NCBI GenBank assembly: GCA_964626665.1
Contig: CAZVGK010000005.1
Coordinates: 1-59,968, forward strand
Reading direction: 5' to 3'
DNA: 59,968 bases
DNA from: an uncultured Gemmatimonadota bacterium
Lineage (GTDB): Bacteria; SM23-81; DAOVCL01
A program made the translations under genes and the position numbers. Below the pieces are notes generated by a model. The model saw only the letters and a list, made by a program, of their open reading frames with translations. It made no database searches and was not told where the DNA came from. This document shows positions 10,608 to 19,596 of the stretch, one piece after another (positions within the stretch are counted from its first letter, which is position 1; each line of letters begins with the position of its first letter).

Positions 10608-11039
10608 TTAATTTAGCTCTAAGGGCTTTGGTTTCTGTGCCTGATGCGGGTGGCGGGTTCCCGGGTAGACATTTAGATGTCTGAAGAGCTTTCTGCCCAA
10701 CCTGTTGTGAGGAAGCATTCCCCATACGGCTTTCTCCAGCACCCTCTCCGGCCTTCTTCTCAGCAACCGCGCAAAAGGCATAACCTTTAACCCTCCAGGA
10801 TAGCCGCTATAATGATAGTAAACCTTTTGGGAGGATTTCTTCCCGGTTACCTTGATCTTTTGGGCGTTTATAACCACTATGAAATCCCCCATATCAAGGT
10901 GCGGTGAGAAATTGGGTTTGTGTTTCCCGCGTAAAATAGTGGCTATCTGGGAGGAGAGCCGGCCTAAGATCTTGTCCTGGGCATCAACGAGATACCACTT
11001 TCTCTCGATTTCGTCTTTTTTCACTGTGTGTGTTTTCAT
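10608..11039 (-). CDS. rplM: 50S ribosomal protein L13
   Basis: WYLVDA...[26 protein letters not shown] at 11039 preferred over TTG at 11051. Confidence 0.98.
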   Translation of the reverse strand: MKTHTVKKDEIERKWYLVDAQDKILGRLSSQIATILRGKHKPNFSPHLDMGDFIVVINAQKIKVTGKKSSQKVYYHYSGYPGGLKVMPFARLLRRRPERVLEKAVWGMLPHNRLGRKLFRHLNVYPGTRHPHQAQKPKPLELN

Positions 11040-11071
11040 TTTCCCACCCAATTTTTAATTTGTTAGCCTTT

Positions 11072-11100
11072 AAAATAATTACATCAATCCCCTCTGTCAA
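11072..11100 (-). promoter_or_regulatory. Sigma70-type promoter for the rplM operon
   Basis: TTGACA-17 nt-TATTTT on the minus strand. Confidence 0.65.
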
Positions 11101-12124
11101 GGAAATTCTTCCCCAGCAGGTTTGGTTTGAAAAGGCCCTGGTCGGTAATTATCCCATCTACATACTGATGGGGGGTTATATCGAAGACCGGATTGTAAAC
11201 AGTTACCCCATTTAAGGTAATCCTCTGGCCAGCGATGTGAGTCACCTCTCTCGCCTCTCTCTCCTCTATCTGAATATCACTTCCTGAGTTAAGGGCCGGA
11301 TCAATCGTTGAGTATGGGGCAGCTACATAAAAAGGGACACCGTGCTCCTTGGCCAGAATAGCCAGGTTGTAGGTTCCGATCTTATTGGCAAAATCGCCAT
11401 TGGCGGCGATTCTGTCTGCGCCTACCAACACGATATCGATCATTTTCCCTCTCATCAGGATACCTGCCGTTGAATCACAGACTAAGGTAACATCTACCCC
11501 GGCCTGAATGAGTTCCCATACAGTTAGTCTGGCTCCCTGCAGGGCAGGTCTGGTCTCATCGGCATAGACTTTAACCTTTTTGCCCTCACCCAAGGCTGTG
11601 TAGATGATCCCCAAGGCGGTTCCAATTCCTGCTGTAGCCAAACTTCCGGCGTTGCAGTGGGTAAGGATTCTGTCTCCATCTTTTATCAGGATTGCTCCAT
11701 TCTTACCGATTTTTCGGCAGAGATCTTCATCTTCCCTGTAGATGTCCTGGGCTTCCTTTAAGAGGAGCCTCTTTAATTTTTCAGGGAGTTCATTCCGATT
11801 GTCCTGCAAGATATTTTTCATCCTCTCCAAGGCCCAGAAGAGATTCCTGGCTGTAGGACGGGTCTGGAGAAGTTCCCTTTCTACCGAGGTGAACTCCCTG
11901 AGGAACTCATCGTAAGTTTTGGCTTTTGAGTCGACTATCCCCAAATAAAGGCCAAAGGCTGCTGCCACGCCAATGGCCGGTGCCCCTCTTACCCTCATCT
12001 TACTTATGGCTTCGGCCACATCCCGATGATCACTGCATTCAATATAGGTAACCTTATGGGGTAACTTTGTCTGGTCCAGTATCCTCAGCAGATTGGCTTT
12101 CCATTCCAGGGTTTTGGGCAACAT
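11084..12124 (-). CDS. mtnA: S-methyl-5-thioribose-1-phosphate isomerase
   Basis: MRVRGAPAIG, RPTA.NL, THCNAGSLAT, ETRP.LQGARLT, GADRIAANGD.ANKIGT. Confidence 0.96.
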   Translation of the reverse strand: MLPKTLEWKANLLRILDQTKLPHKVTYIECSDHRDVAEAISKMRVRGAPAIGVAAAFGLYLGIVDSKAKTYDEFLREFTSVERELLQTRPTARNLFWALERMKNILQDNRNELPEKLKRLLLKEAQDIYREDEDLCRKIGKNGAILIKDGDRILTHCNAGSLATAGIGTALGIIYTALGEGKKVKVYADETRPALQGARLTVWELIQAGVDVTLVCDSTAGILMRGKMIDIVLVGADRIAANGDFANKIGTYNLAILAKEHGVPFYVAAPYSTIDPALNSGSDIQIEEREAREVTHIAGQRITLNGVTVYNPVFDITPHQYVDGIITDQGLFKPNLLGKNFLDRGD

Positions 12125-12254
12125 CTTTTATCTCCTGACCTTAATTCCCGCGATGATTTCTAAAAATCTGCGATCCTCTGTTCTAACAAACAGCGAAGAA
12201 TACAGCTTCCAATCTAATCTTTTCTTTGGTTTCAGTCAAACGCTTTTTTAATGG

Positions 12255-12492
12255 TGGTCTCTACCGCACTTCAGTGCAGGGTAAATCACACTTTTTCTAA
12301 CTATTTTCAATCTGGTAGTCGCAGACTTCAGTCTGCGTATTGCTGCAGCCGTTGCGCCTACCCTCCTGCAGGAGGGAGGTCTAAATCTCCTTTAGATTTT
12401 GAACCTATGGGAAGTTGCTTTGTTTACTGCCGAGCCGTCAGGTGTCCTCACCTGACGGCAAGAGGTGGCAGAACAGGGTTCTGCCACCTCCC
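12255..12492. repeat. Cluster of REP-like palindromes
   Basis: ctaccgcacttcagtgc, cgcagacttcagtctgcg, gccgtcagg..cctgacggc and ggtggcagaa..ttctgccacc; the same families recur across the window. Confidence 0.75.
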
Positions 12493-12547
12493 CTTCGGAA
12501 TTTAGTGGGGCTATCCTCTGCAATTCTTGCCTGCAGAGAAAAAAGTC

Positions 12548-12576
12548 TTGACAGAACAAGCTTGAGCTTCTATCTT
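12548..12576 (+). promoter_or_regulatory. Sigma70-type promoter at the head of the integron region
   Basis: TTGACA-17 nt-TATCTT. Confidence 0.7.
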
Positions 12577-12759
12577 CAAGTAAAAGCCCCGATGATGGAA
12601 AATCTTGCCTTCCTCGCAAAGCGAAGTGGGGTAGGGGAGAATCGGGAGGTACATAGCGAAGGTTCCTCAGCATCTATTTCAAAGCTGGGGTCTGGAACGA
12701 CTCCGGTGCGGTCACAAGGCTTTGAAACGGAACAGCTTGGCGGAATTTCCTTGTGACGT

Positions 12760-12820
12760 CTTATACGGAAGGAAAACCGGAAAGCGGTATTACCTGGAAA
12801 CCATATAAACAGAACTTAGC
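12760..12820 (+). other. attI-like site 1 (core GTT changed to CTT)
   Basis: cttatac...ggaaaccatataa-6 nt-cttagc; same layout as the site at 14758-14821. Confidence 0.55.
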
Positions 12821-13011
12821 TCCCTTCGGTCGCTAACTTCTCCATAGGGTCTCTCGCCCCTCTGGCGCTCCGCAATTCTCCGCTCGCTCGGATCGCTCCG
12901 CTGTCACCCTTGAAGGGGGCCTACCCCCTTCAAACAACCCCCAACATTTCGGAATTTTAAGAAATTCCGAAATGTATAGTTAGGCAATCGAAGAAGGATG
13001 AGGATATAGAG

Positions 13012-13242
13012 ATGAAATTGAAAGAGGTAGAAGAAAAATACAGAGATGAATGGGTGTTAGCCGAAGTATTGAAAGAGGATGAGTCAGGGGAACCAACAGA
13101 GCTAAAGGTAATAGCCCATTCCAAAAATAGAGATGACACCTATGACGCAATGAAAAAGGTAAAAGGTAAATACTCCTACCATTTCTATACAGGAAAGATC
13201 CCCAAAGAAGGATATGCGGTTGCATTCTATGTCAAAATTTAG
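13012..13242 (+). CDS. Small DUF5678-like protein (cassette)
   Basis: KYRDEWVL...KVIAHS..RDD.Y; overlaps the downstream aspartyl protease; cassette ends gttaggc 12979 / gcctaac 13628. Confidence 0.65.
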   Translation: MKLKEVEEKYRDEWVLAEVLKEDESGEPTELKVIAHSKNRDDTYDAMKKVKGKYSYHFYTGKIPKEGYAVAFYVKI

Positions 13243-13615
13243 ATTTAACACCAAAGCTCCAGTAATTATGCTAACTATCCTATTGGAGGGTGAAGGTAAC
13301 TCCAAGCAAAAGATAAGGATGGCTCTTGATACAGGGGCAACCTATACCATGATTCCTTGGAAAACTGCTGAAATTTTAGGGTTAGAACCAGAGCTATCCA
13401 AAGAGAGAATAGAAATAATTACTGCCAGTGGAGTGGAGAAGGCTCCTTTGGTCACTTTGAAGTCTATAGTTGTTTTGGGGAAGAGGACAGAAGGGGTTGA
13501 GGCTGTTGTCCATGACCTTCCGCCAAAAAGCTATGTGGATGGGTTACTCGGAGTAAAATCGTTGGTTGAGCTTAAATTAAAAATAGACTTTAGTGAGGGT
13601 ATATTGGAGGTATGA
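13229..13615 (+). CDS. Retropepsin-like (clan AA) aspartyl protease (cassette)
   Basis: MALDTGATYT, TASG, DGLLG. Confidence 0.88.
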   Translation: MSKFRFNTKAPVIMLTILLEGEGNSKQKIRMALDTGATYTMIPWKTAEILGLEPELSKERIEIITASGVEKAPLVTLKSIVVLGKRTEGVEAVVHDLPPKSYVDGLLGVKSLVELKLKIDFSEGILEV

Positions 13616-13685
13616 GCAAAACATCTTGCCTAACAACGGTTTGCAGCCGACCGCAGGGGCTCTGGCGAAAACAAAAGAGGTAATG

Positions 13686-13975
13686 GGGGTCAAACCTCTA
13701 AATACTAATTGACAATGCCGTTGTCAATTCATTCTATGCAAAACACGCATTGATGCGGGAAGCACTCACGAATAGTGCAGGTTCTGGGTTATTATGCTAT
13801 TGGACGGTGAGGGAGCTTGGGGTGAGTGTAGCAGCTCTTGTTAAGAAACTAAGGTTTTCCCAGCTTGCGGTAAGCATTCCTGTGAAGTGAAGAGGAGGAG
13901 AAAATAGCCAAAGGAAAAGGATTTGAACGTTGGATAAATAGTTTTTTATAATTTTTATGGACGTCTCCCATTTCC
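13686..13975 (+). pseudogene. Internally deleted REP-associated (Y1/RAYT-type) transposase remnant
   Basis: 5' fragment resembling ..RIDA.. and 3' fragment LCYWTVRELGVSVAALVKKLRFSQLAVSIPVK*; followed by ttttttataattttatggacgtc, which also occurs near 45250. Confidence 0.5.
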
Positions 13976-14081
13976 TTTGGCGGTGACGCCAAACGATCTC
14001 ATCTGCTAATCTCTACGACCGAAGACGGGTTTTCGCCGCCACAGTCCGGCGCAAGTCATTTTTAAGCAAGGAGAAATAGAT

Positions 14082-14189
14082 ATGGGTGATAAGGGTAAAA
14101 AAGATAAAGGCAAAAGGGAACAACAGAAAAAGGCCCAGCTTACTCCAAAGGAAAAACGAAAATTGAAAAAAGAAAAGAAGAATAAATAA
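14082..14189 (+). CDS. 35-aa lysine-rich peptide (cassette)
   Basis: MGDKGKKDKGKREQQKKAQLTPKEKRKLKKEKKNK*; AAGGAG RBS; followed by an attC left half at about 14245. Confidence 0.7.
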   Translation: MGDKGKKDKGKREQQKKAQLTPKEKRKLKKEKKNK

Positions 14190-14286
14190 TTGCCCAGTGG
14201 TGTCCGGTGACCTTAAATCAAGCAAGGAAATTGTGCGCCAGTTACTAACCAGTCGTTCAACCGGACGCATCTAAAGCCGCGCCCGG

Positions 14287-14644
14287 CTGCCAGACGCCCT
14301 GGACCGCAAGTATCCTAACGCGCCGAAGGACTGGCGGTGGCAATGGGTGTTCCCTCAGGAGAAACGGTGGAAGAATACAAAGACCGGCGAGGAAGGCCGC
14401 CACCATGTCGATGAATCCATTCTGCGGAAGGCCTTCAAGCAGGCCGTAAAGAAGGCGGGTATCGTCAAGCGCGCGAGCTACAATAATTTCCGCCATTCAT
14501 TTGCTCGAAGGCGGATATGATGTTCGGACCGTTCAGGAACTTCTCGGGCACAAGGACATTAATACAACGATGATCTATACCCATGTTTTGAACCGCGGAG
14601 GGAAGGGGGTATGCAGTCCTGTTGACTCCCTGTTATCCAGTTGA
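14287..14644 (+). pseudogene. intI: Integron integrase, 3' half only and frameshifted
   Basis: LPDALDRKYPNA..WRWQWVFP..GRHH..FRHSFA, frameshift near 14503, then [37 protein letters not shown]; contains the IntI-specific insert. Confidence 0.93.
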
Positions 14645-14654
14645 GAGCGGAGGT

Positions 14655-14821
14655 GTTATACGGAAACCATATAAGACCCGTAGATAAATCCATATCTCAT
14701 TACACCGTTCTGAAACGCAAGGACTTCCGATGCACAAGGCCAGAAATGACACGGGTTCTTATACTGCCAAATCGCCAGATATAAGGTTCATATATGGAAA
14801 CCATATAAGCGGTAGTTCGCC
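14655..14821 (+). other. attI-like site 2, downstream of intI
   Basis: ggaaaccatataa at 14662 and 14796; GTTCGCC at 14815 matches GGCGAAC (15797) at the end of the first cassette. Confidence 0.75.
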
Positions 14822-14895
14822 AGATCTGGTTGCCCGGTCCGAGTGTCAACCAAGCTGCTCTGTGACCAGGGGAACCTCAATACAAGGAGGTTGAG

Positions 14896-15768
14896 GTGAT
14901 GGCTGATGAAATTCTTTCCGCCGTGTCGGATCTATCCATCTCACCTACCGGCACCTCTACTGCTATTATCGATAGCATCAAAGTTACAGAGACACTTAGG
15001 GAGTTTGCACCGCCTGCTGCCATCAGCACGATACTGGCCGACGCCCTCGCAGTAATGCTGATTGCCTGCGCTGTGCTACTTCTTCATCGCACTGCCTCGG
15101 CCACGATGCATTCCCGATTTCTCAGACACATCGAGTACTCCTTTCTTGTGATGATTCTCTTCCGGCTGGGTAGAGTTGTGGTTACTGGTCTGAAATCGCT
15201 TCTTGCTTTCCAGTACCTTGGACTAGATCCCTCCAAGACTCTCTCTAGTCACGACGCGGCGATCGTCTGGGTCATGCTCACCAACATCACGAACAACTGG
15301 CACGCGATCTCCATGATGGTATCATTCTTGGCCTCTTTCTGGCTCTTCCTGGCCTGGTGGCTTCTCAGGCGATACCCGGCCGAGGGCATACCTCGGGCCC
15401 TTTATAGCACGGCCGTAGGTGTTCTCGGTGGACTTGTCGCTCTGGTTGCAGGTATCGCCACGACGACAGGAGCCGACACTCTGTTCCTCCTCGACTTCTT
15501 CGACATCGCAGCAAGCGTGACCGTGATTACCCTCGTTGGGTGGGAGCTGAGGAAGCTTGAGCCAAAGCGTGGTCACCCGGCTTTGTCGACAATTGTGTTC
15601 CTGTTTTTCATGAGCTGGGCTATTCTCCAGGTCCCTATCCCTTACTTCAGAGACAAGGCAGGGGATGCGTTCTTCCTACTACTTATGTTTGCGAGTTTCG
15701 GCTCAATGCTGATGACGGCACTATATACGTCTATTGTCCTAAAGGACCGACCGGAGTACGAGGCTTAG
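14896..15768 (+). CDS. Multi-pass membrane protein (cassette)
   Basis: About 7 hydrophobic segments; AAGGAGG RBS; fills the cassette. Confidence 0.75.
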   Translation: MMADEILSAVSDLSISPTGTSTAIIDSIKVTETLREFAPPAAISTILADALAVMLIACAVLLLHRTASATMHSRFLRHIEYSFLVMILFRLGRVVVTGLKSLLAFQYLGLDPSKTLSSHDAAIVWVMLTNITNNWHAISMMVSFLASFWLFLAWWLLRRYPAEGIPRALYSTAVGVLGGLVALVAGIATTTGADTLFLLDFFDIAASVTVITLVGWELRKLEPKRGHPALSTIVFLFFMSWAILQVPIPYFRDKAGDAFFLLLMFASFGSMLMTALYTSIVLKDRPEYEA

Positions 15769-15796
15769 ATGGAATAGAGCTTGCTTTGCAGTAACT

Positions 15797-15898
15797 GGCG
15801 AACAAACGGTTGAAGCCGGCGGTCAGCGATGGCCCACTTCGCAGTTTACCCAGCTCTTCAGTCAGCGCCGACCGCGGCTTAACCGCAGAGCGTTGGCT
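15797..15898 (+). other. attC site
   Basis: ggcgaac...cggttgaagccg..gcggtc/gaccgc..cggcttaaccg...gttggct. Confidence 0.85.
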
Positions 15899-15920
15899 TT
15901 AATCAAAAGGGGAATGTAAG

Positions 15921-17090
15921 ATGAAAGAGGGCTCATCAGGAATGGTCACACGATTACTCGACAATAGGAAACTTCTGCTTGAATTGATCATTGCCGCTGT
16001 TCTCCTATCCCTGTCAATAAATCTTATTTCGAGTTCTATTCTAGATCTCAAGTGGATATCCCCGCTGTGCGCATTTGTCTTGGCTTCAATACTTGCCGTG
16101 ATATGCACTACATATTTTGTTGCTCGGCTATTATGGTTTCGCACTCATACGTACACTTTTCGGGGCTTCATAATTTTTCATTCAAAAAAGAATGAAGTAG
16201 CAGATACTCCACGGTATGACTATGGGCATGACCTACACAACTATATGCAAGCTGCATTTGCAGAGAATGCGGCCATCAAAAGGATGTGGGACAAGGAACC
16301 CGTTGATAAAGGGTTTCACCATGACAAGGAAACTGGGAAGGTATCACACAGGATAGGCAAGGGGCATCAGCTTGTCATTGAAGCGACCGAGTATTACATA
16401 TTGGAAAATTTGTCGACACATCTAACGGACTATTTCAATCGCCCCGACTTCGACAAGCAAAATCTACATACATTCGCACGCAATGATATCCCAGATGTTC
16501 TGTTGTCGAATCGATTCCTCGAACTCTTCTCCAAACCGATGGAAGAGCGTACGTTGTTTTCCGCCGAAGATGGTGCTCCCTCCCACGGAGGTGAAGTTGT
16601 TATGGCTATGGGCAATGGCGGTGCTTTCTATAGCCGCTTCGATCTCACACTACCGAAAGGGGCACGCATCTGGAGAAGTAAGTCAAATGCCATAGTCATC
16701 GATACAGATAGATTTGCACTGACGATTGATGTAGATTTCGGCGGATTTGGAACGGTAATTCCATACAAGTACCAACGACACATCCTGGGTCTCGATCCTC
16801 ATGAGTGTCATGATTTCCAGATCAGTGTTAGATTCACTGTGGCATTCAAATTCGCCTCCCTGTTCCTACCGAGTGGATGGGGATATTACCGCTGGATTGA
16901 GTCATTTATGGAGTCATTCGAATCGAAGTTCTCGGAAGATAGGCATTTCATGGACATAGGGTGGGAATCTGCTCTGACCCTTATCGAATACCACGAGAAA
17001 CAAAAGAGCTTGGCAGATGCTAAACGAAGCCAACCAGACGCTGCACTGGACGGGGAATCCGCTGCCGCTTCTTCCCCGCCAGTGAGCTGA
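15921..17090 (+). CDS. Hypothetical protein with two N-terminal TM helices (cassette)
   Basis: 389-aa ORF filling the cassette and reading into the attC. Confidence 0.78.
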   Translation: MKEGSSGMVTRLLDNRKLLLELIIAAVLLSLSINLISSSILDLKWISPLCAFVLASILAVICTTYFVARLLWFRTHTYTFRGFIIFHSKKNEVADTPRYDYGHDLHNYMQAAFAENAAIKRMWDKEPVDKGFHHDKETGKVSHRIGKGHQLVIEATEYYILENLSTHLTDYFNRPDFDKQNLHTFARNDIPDVLLSNRFLELFSKPMEERTLFSAEDGAPSHGGEVVMAMGNGGAFYSRFDLTLPKGARIWRSKSNAIVIDTDRFALTIDVDFGGFGTVIPYKYQRHILGLDPHECHDFQISVRFTVAFKFASLFLPSGWGYYRWIESFMESFESKFSEDRHFMDIGWESALTLIEYHEKQKSLADAKRSQPDAALDGESAAASSPPVS

Positions 17091-17099
17091 TCGTTGGAT
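17028..17099 (+). other. attC site
   Basis: agccaac...gctgcactggacggggaa/ttccccgccagtgagc...gttggat. Confidence 0.88.
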
Positions 17100-17170
17100 G
17101 AACAAGGTGATATCACATACAGATGGCACATCGCTCCTCACGCAGGAACTGATAACCGAGAGGTGATCCA

Positions 17171-17368
17171 ATGGCTGGTCGTCACAAGGGAGATACGAAG
17201 GAGTTCAGAGAGCTCACTTTCGCAGAGCAGGCGAAGTCGATCACCGCTTCGATTAACAACCTACAGGCGGCGATCGTGCACCACGTCCATCACTCACCGC
17301 GGCGTGAGGCTACGAAAGCCAAGTGCTTGGGACAGGTCCGCCGACTGTTAGATAGGCTTGAACGCTGA
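17171..17368 (+). CDS. Small hypothetical protein (cassette)
   Basis: 65 aa; GAGGTG RBS. Confidence 0.6.
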   Translation: MAGRHKGDTKEFRELTFAEQAKSITASINNLQAAIVHHVHHSPRREATKAKCLGQVRRLLDRLER

Positions 17369-17423
17369 ATGGCGAGATCGTCCCCGCCACCGTAACATAA
17401 CGACGATTCGCGGAGGAAGACTA

Positions 17424-17846
17424 TTGGCATCGAAACAGCAGATGACTGGAATGCAAGGTGTCTATCTCGTCGCTGCCCAGCTGTCAAAGCTCGGATTCAT
17501 TGCATCGCCTACGTCGCGCAGTGCCATCGGAGCAGACATCCTGGCGACGGATCAATCTTGCCGCAGGGCCTATTCGATCCAGGTCAAGACGAACACCGGA
17601 GCCCCGACTTTCTGGTTGCTCAACGGTAAGGCCAAGGAGATCGTGTCAGACACGCATGTTTATGTGCTGGTCAACCTCCGATCCGGCCGTGAGGATGATC
17701 CCCCAGACTTCTATGTGGTTCCAAGCAGGGTCATAGCGAAGAAACTCGTATATAGTGAGAGCCCGAAGTCCAAGTGGTATTCGTTCAATCTCATAGATGC
17801 GGCCCGATACAAGGATATGTGGTCTATTCTCGGGCCGGCGAATTAG
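17424..17846 (+). CDS. PD-(D/E)xK nuclease-fold protein (cassette)
   Basis: G.YLVAAQLS..G...GADIL...IQVKT; GGAGG RBS before a TTG at 17424. Confidence 0.72.
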   Translation: MASKQQMTGMQGVYLVAAQLSKLGFIASPTSRSAIGADILATDQSCRRAYSIQVKTNTGAPTFWLLNGKAKEIVSDTHVYVLVNLRSGREDDPPDFYVVPSRVIAKKLVYSESPKSKWYSFNLIDAARYKDMWSILGPAN

Positions 17847-17862
17847 GTCTGCGAAGTGTGTC

Positions 17863-17922
17863 ATCCAACTTGGCGTGAACCTGACGGCCCCGCTGGGGCC
17901 GCCGGTTACGCTCACGTTAGCC
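17863..17922 (+). other. attC site (60 bp)
   Basis: atccaac..gcgtgaacc..cggcccc/ggggccg..ggttacgc..gttagcc. Confidence 0.88.
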
Positions 17923-17952
17923 TTTTCCAGCAATAATGGGTGGATTTATATT

Positions 17953-18426
17953 ATGAGAAAACCGCGAATATATGTGGACACTTTAGTGATCGGCGGTTGT
18001 TTCGACCCAGAATTCGAAGTATGGTCTAATGGACTAATAGATGACTTCCGAAAGGAAAGATTTCGTTTAGTGCTCTCGGATGTAACGGCAGCGGAGATCG
18101 AACGTTCTCCAGAACCTGTTCGAGAACTTCATCAGGAATTGATATCCATTGCAGAACTGTTGCCGGTTACGGAGGAGGCACTCGACGTTTTGGCAGCCTA
18201 CGAATGCCATGGCATATTGAGCCCTCGTTTCCGCAATGATATGCTTCATATTGCATTGGCTACTGTTGCTGAAGTTGATGTCCTTGTGATCTGGAACTTC
18301 AGGCATGTCGTCAGGCTGGATAAAATTCAGAAGTTCAATGGAGTTAATTTTGAACTTGGTTACAAGACTTTGGCGATTTATTCGCCCCGAGAGGTAACTA
18401 CCTATGAAAGAGAAGATACAGATTAA
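17953..18426 (+). CDS. PIN-domain protein (toxin-like, cassette)
   Basis: RIYVDT.VIGGCFD.EF, D.LHIALAT..VD.LV.WNFRH, IYSPREV. Confidence 0.88.
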   Translation: MRKPRIYVDTLVIGGCFDPEFEVWSNGLIDDFRKERFRLVLSDVTAAEIERSPEPVRELHQELISIAELLPVTEEALDVLAAYECHGILSPRFRNDMLHIALATVAEVDVLVIWNFRHVVRLDKIQKFNGVNFELGYKTLAIYSPREVTTYEREDTD

Positions 18427-18589
18427 GGCAGTTGATATGGTACGACGCATCCGTGATGAGCAGGCACAGATGCTCGCAGGAAAATCCAAATCGGAAATCA
18501 TGGCTTTTTTTAAGAAGGCCGGAGGTGCTGCCCGTCAAGAGGCAAAAATTAGGCAGACCACACAGCTACAATCGCAACAGAAAGGCTAA
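18404..18589 (+). CDS. Small partner of the PIN protein (putative antitoxin)
   Basis: AVDMVRRIRD; overlaps the PIN gene; stop codon lies in the attC (ggctaac). Confidence 0.7.
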   Translation: MKEKIQIKAVDMVRRIRDEQAQMLAGKSKSEIMAFFKKAGGAARQEAKIRQTTQLQSQQKG

Positions 18590-18714
18590 CAACAGGCCGG
18601 GTGGCCCACAGCCGTGCTGTGGGATAGTTGCTTGGAGCAATCATTTTTCATGACCAGACTAAAACACCACGATGACTGAGGGACAGCGCGGTCTGTCACG
18701 TTCAACTGTTAGTA
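18584..18714 (+). other. attC site (left arm partly deleted)
   Basis: ggctaac...gtggcccacagccgtgct/agcgcggtctgtcac...gttagta. Confidence 0.65.
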
Positions 18715-18974
18715 TCGGCTACCGAGTCCGAACCATCCGGGGGCAAAGGAAATCGTCATAAGGGTAGAAAAGATGCACCTTTAATGGTGGACGCGATTGC
18801 TCTATGAGTCTCAAGACCCGTGGATGCGTTCCCACAGCAGAGCTGTGGGGCACTGCGGCTCGAGCCGTATGATGGGGAACTATCACGTACGATTCTTAGG
18901 GAGGAAGGGAGCCGCAAGGCTCCCACCCTACCTGGCGTTGAAATGAGACTGAACAGACCGAGGAACATAACGTA

Positions 18975-19202
18975 GTGGAAGGACTGATAGGAGTTGGTTT
19001 CCTTATAGGCCTAATAGTTTTGGTCATCCTAGTTGTCGTTGTGGCAATCGTTGGCTGGTTTGTCCTCGCGCACGTCGGTGGACCAGCGCTGATCATTCTA
19101 GGTATCTATCTGATCGCCACAGGCGGCATTCTAGGTGGCTTCTTTGGCGGGATCATAGTCATCATCGGATGCGTATGGTGTTTCCTGCTTTGGAAAGGAT
19201 AG
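18975..19202 (+). CDS. Small hydrophobic membrane protein (cassette)
   Basis: 75 aa, almost entirely hydrophobic; GAGGA RBS. Confidence 0.6.
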   Translation: MEGLIGVGFLIGLIVLVILVVVVAIVGWFVLAHVGGPALIILGIYLIATGGILGGFFGGIIVIIGCVWCFLLWKG

Positions 19203-19207
19203 GCCTA

Positions 19208-19363
19208 CCGACTAAACGAGGCTATGAGGCTTACGATTGAACTGGGCCGGGTGGCACACCGCCGTGCTGGGGATAGTTGATTGGAGCAATCACGTTTCAT
19301 GGCCAGGCTGACACACTACGATGATTTAAGAGTAGCGCGGTGTGTCACGTTCAACTGTTAGTA
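19208..19363 (+). other. attC site, paralogue of 18584-18714
   Basis: ttgaac..gtggcacaccgc/gcggtgtgtcac..gttcaa..gttagta. Confidence 0.65.
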
Positions 19364-19522
19364 TCGGCTACCGAGTCTGAACCATCCGGGAGCAAAGGAA
19401 ACCGTCATAAGGGTAGAAAAGATGCACCTTTAATGGTGGACGCGATTGCTCTTTCAGACTCAAGACCGCGTGGCCGCGTTCCAAAAGAAGTTCCACGAGC
19501 TTCGGGAGGAGCTCTATGGAGC

Positions 19523-19596
19523 CGCCCAACAACGGCGTGCACTGGACGCTTCGCGCCGCTGAGCGCGGCCGTCCTGATGCCTCCTTGGGCGTTGGT
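19523..19596 (+). other. Degenerate terminal attC
   Basis: gcccaac aacggcgtgcactggacgcttcgcgccgctgagcgc...gttggt. Confidence 0.5.

Noticed and set aside
12586-12691. Hammerhead ribozyme or T-box (cgatga..gaaa / ctaatga..gaaa)
   Set aside because: No stem II between the core halves and no T-box antiterminator motif; the substitution pattern fits coding sequence better
14760-14782. LexA box near attI (tactg..cag)
   Set aside because: Spacing is CTG-N9-CAG and the arms do not match the lexA operator
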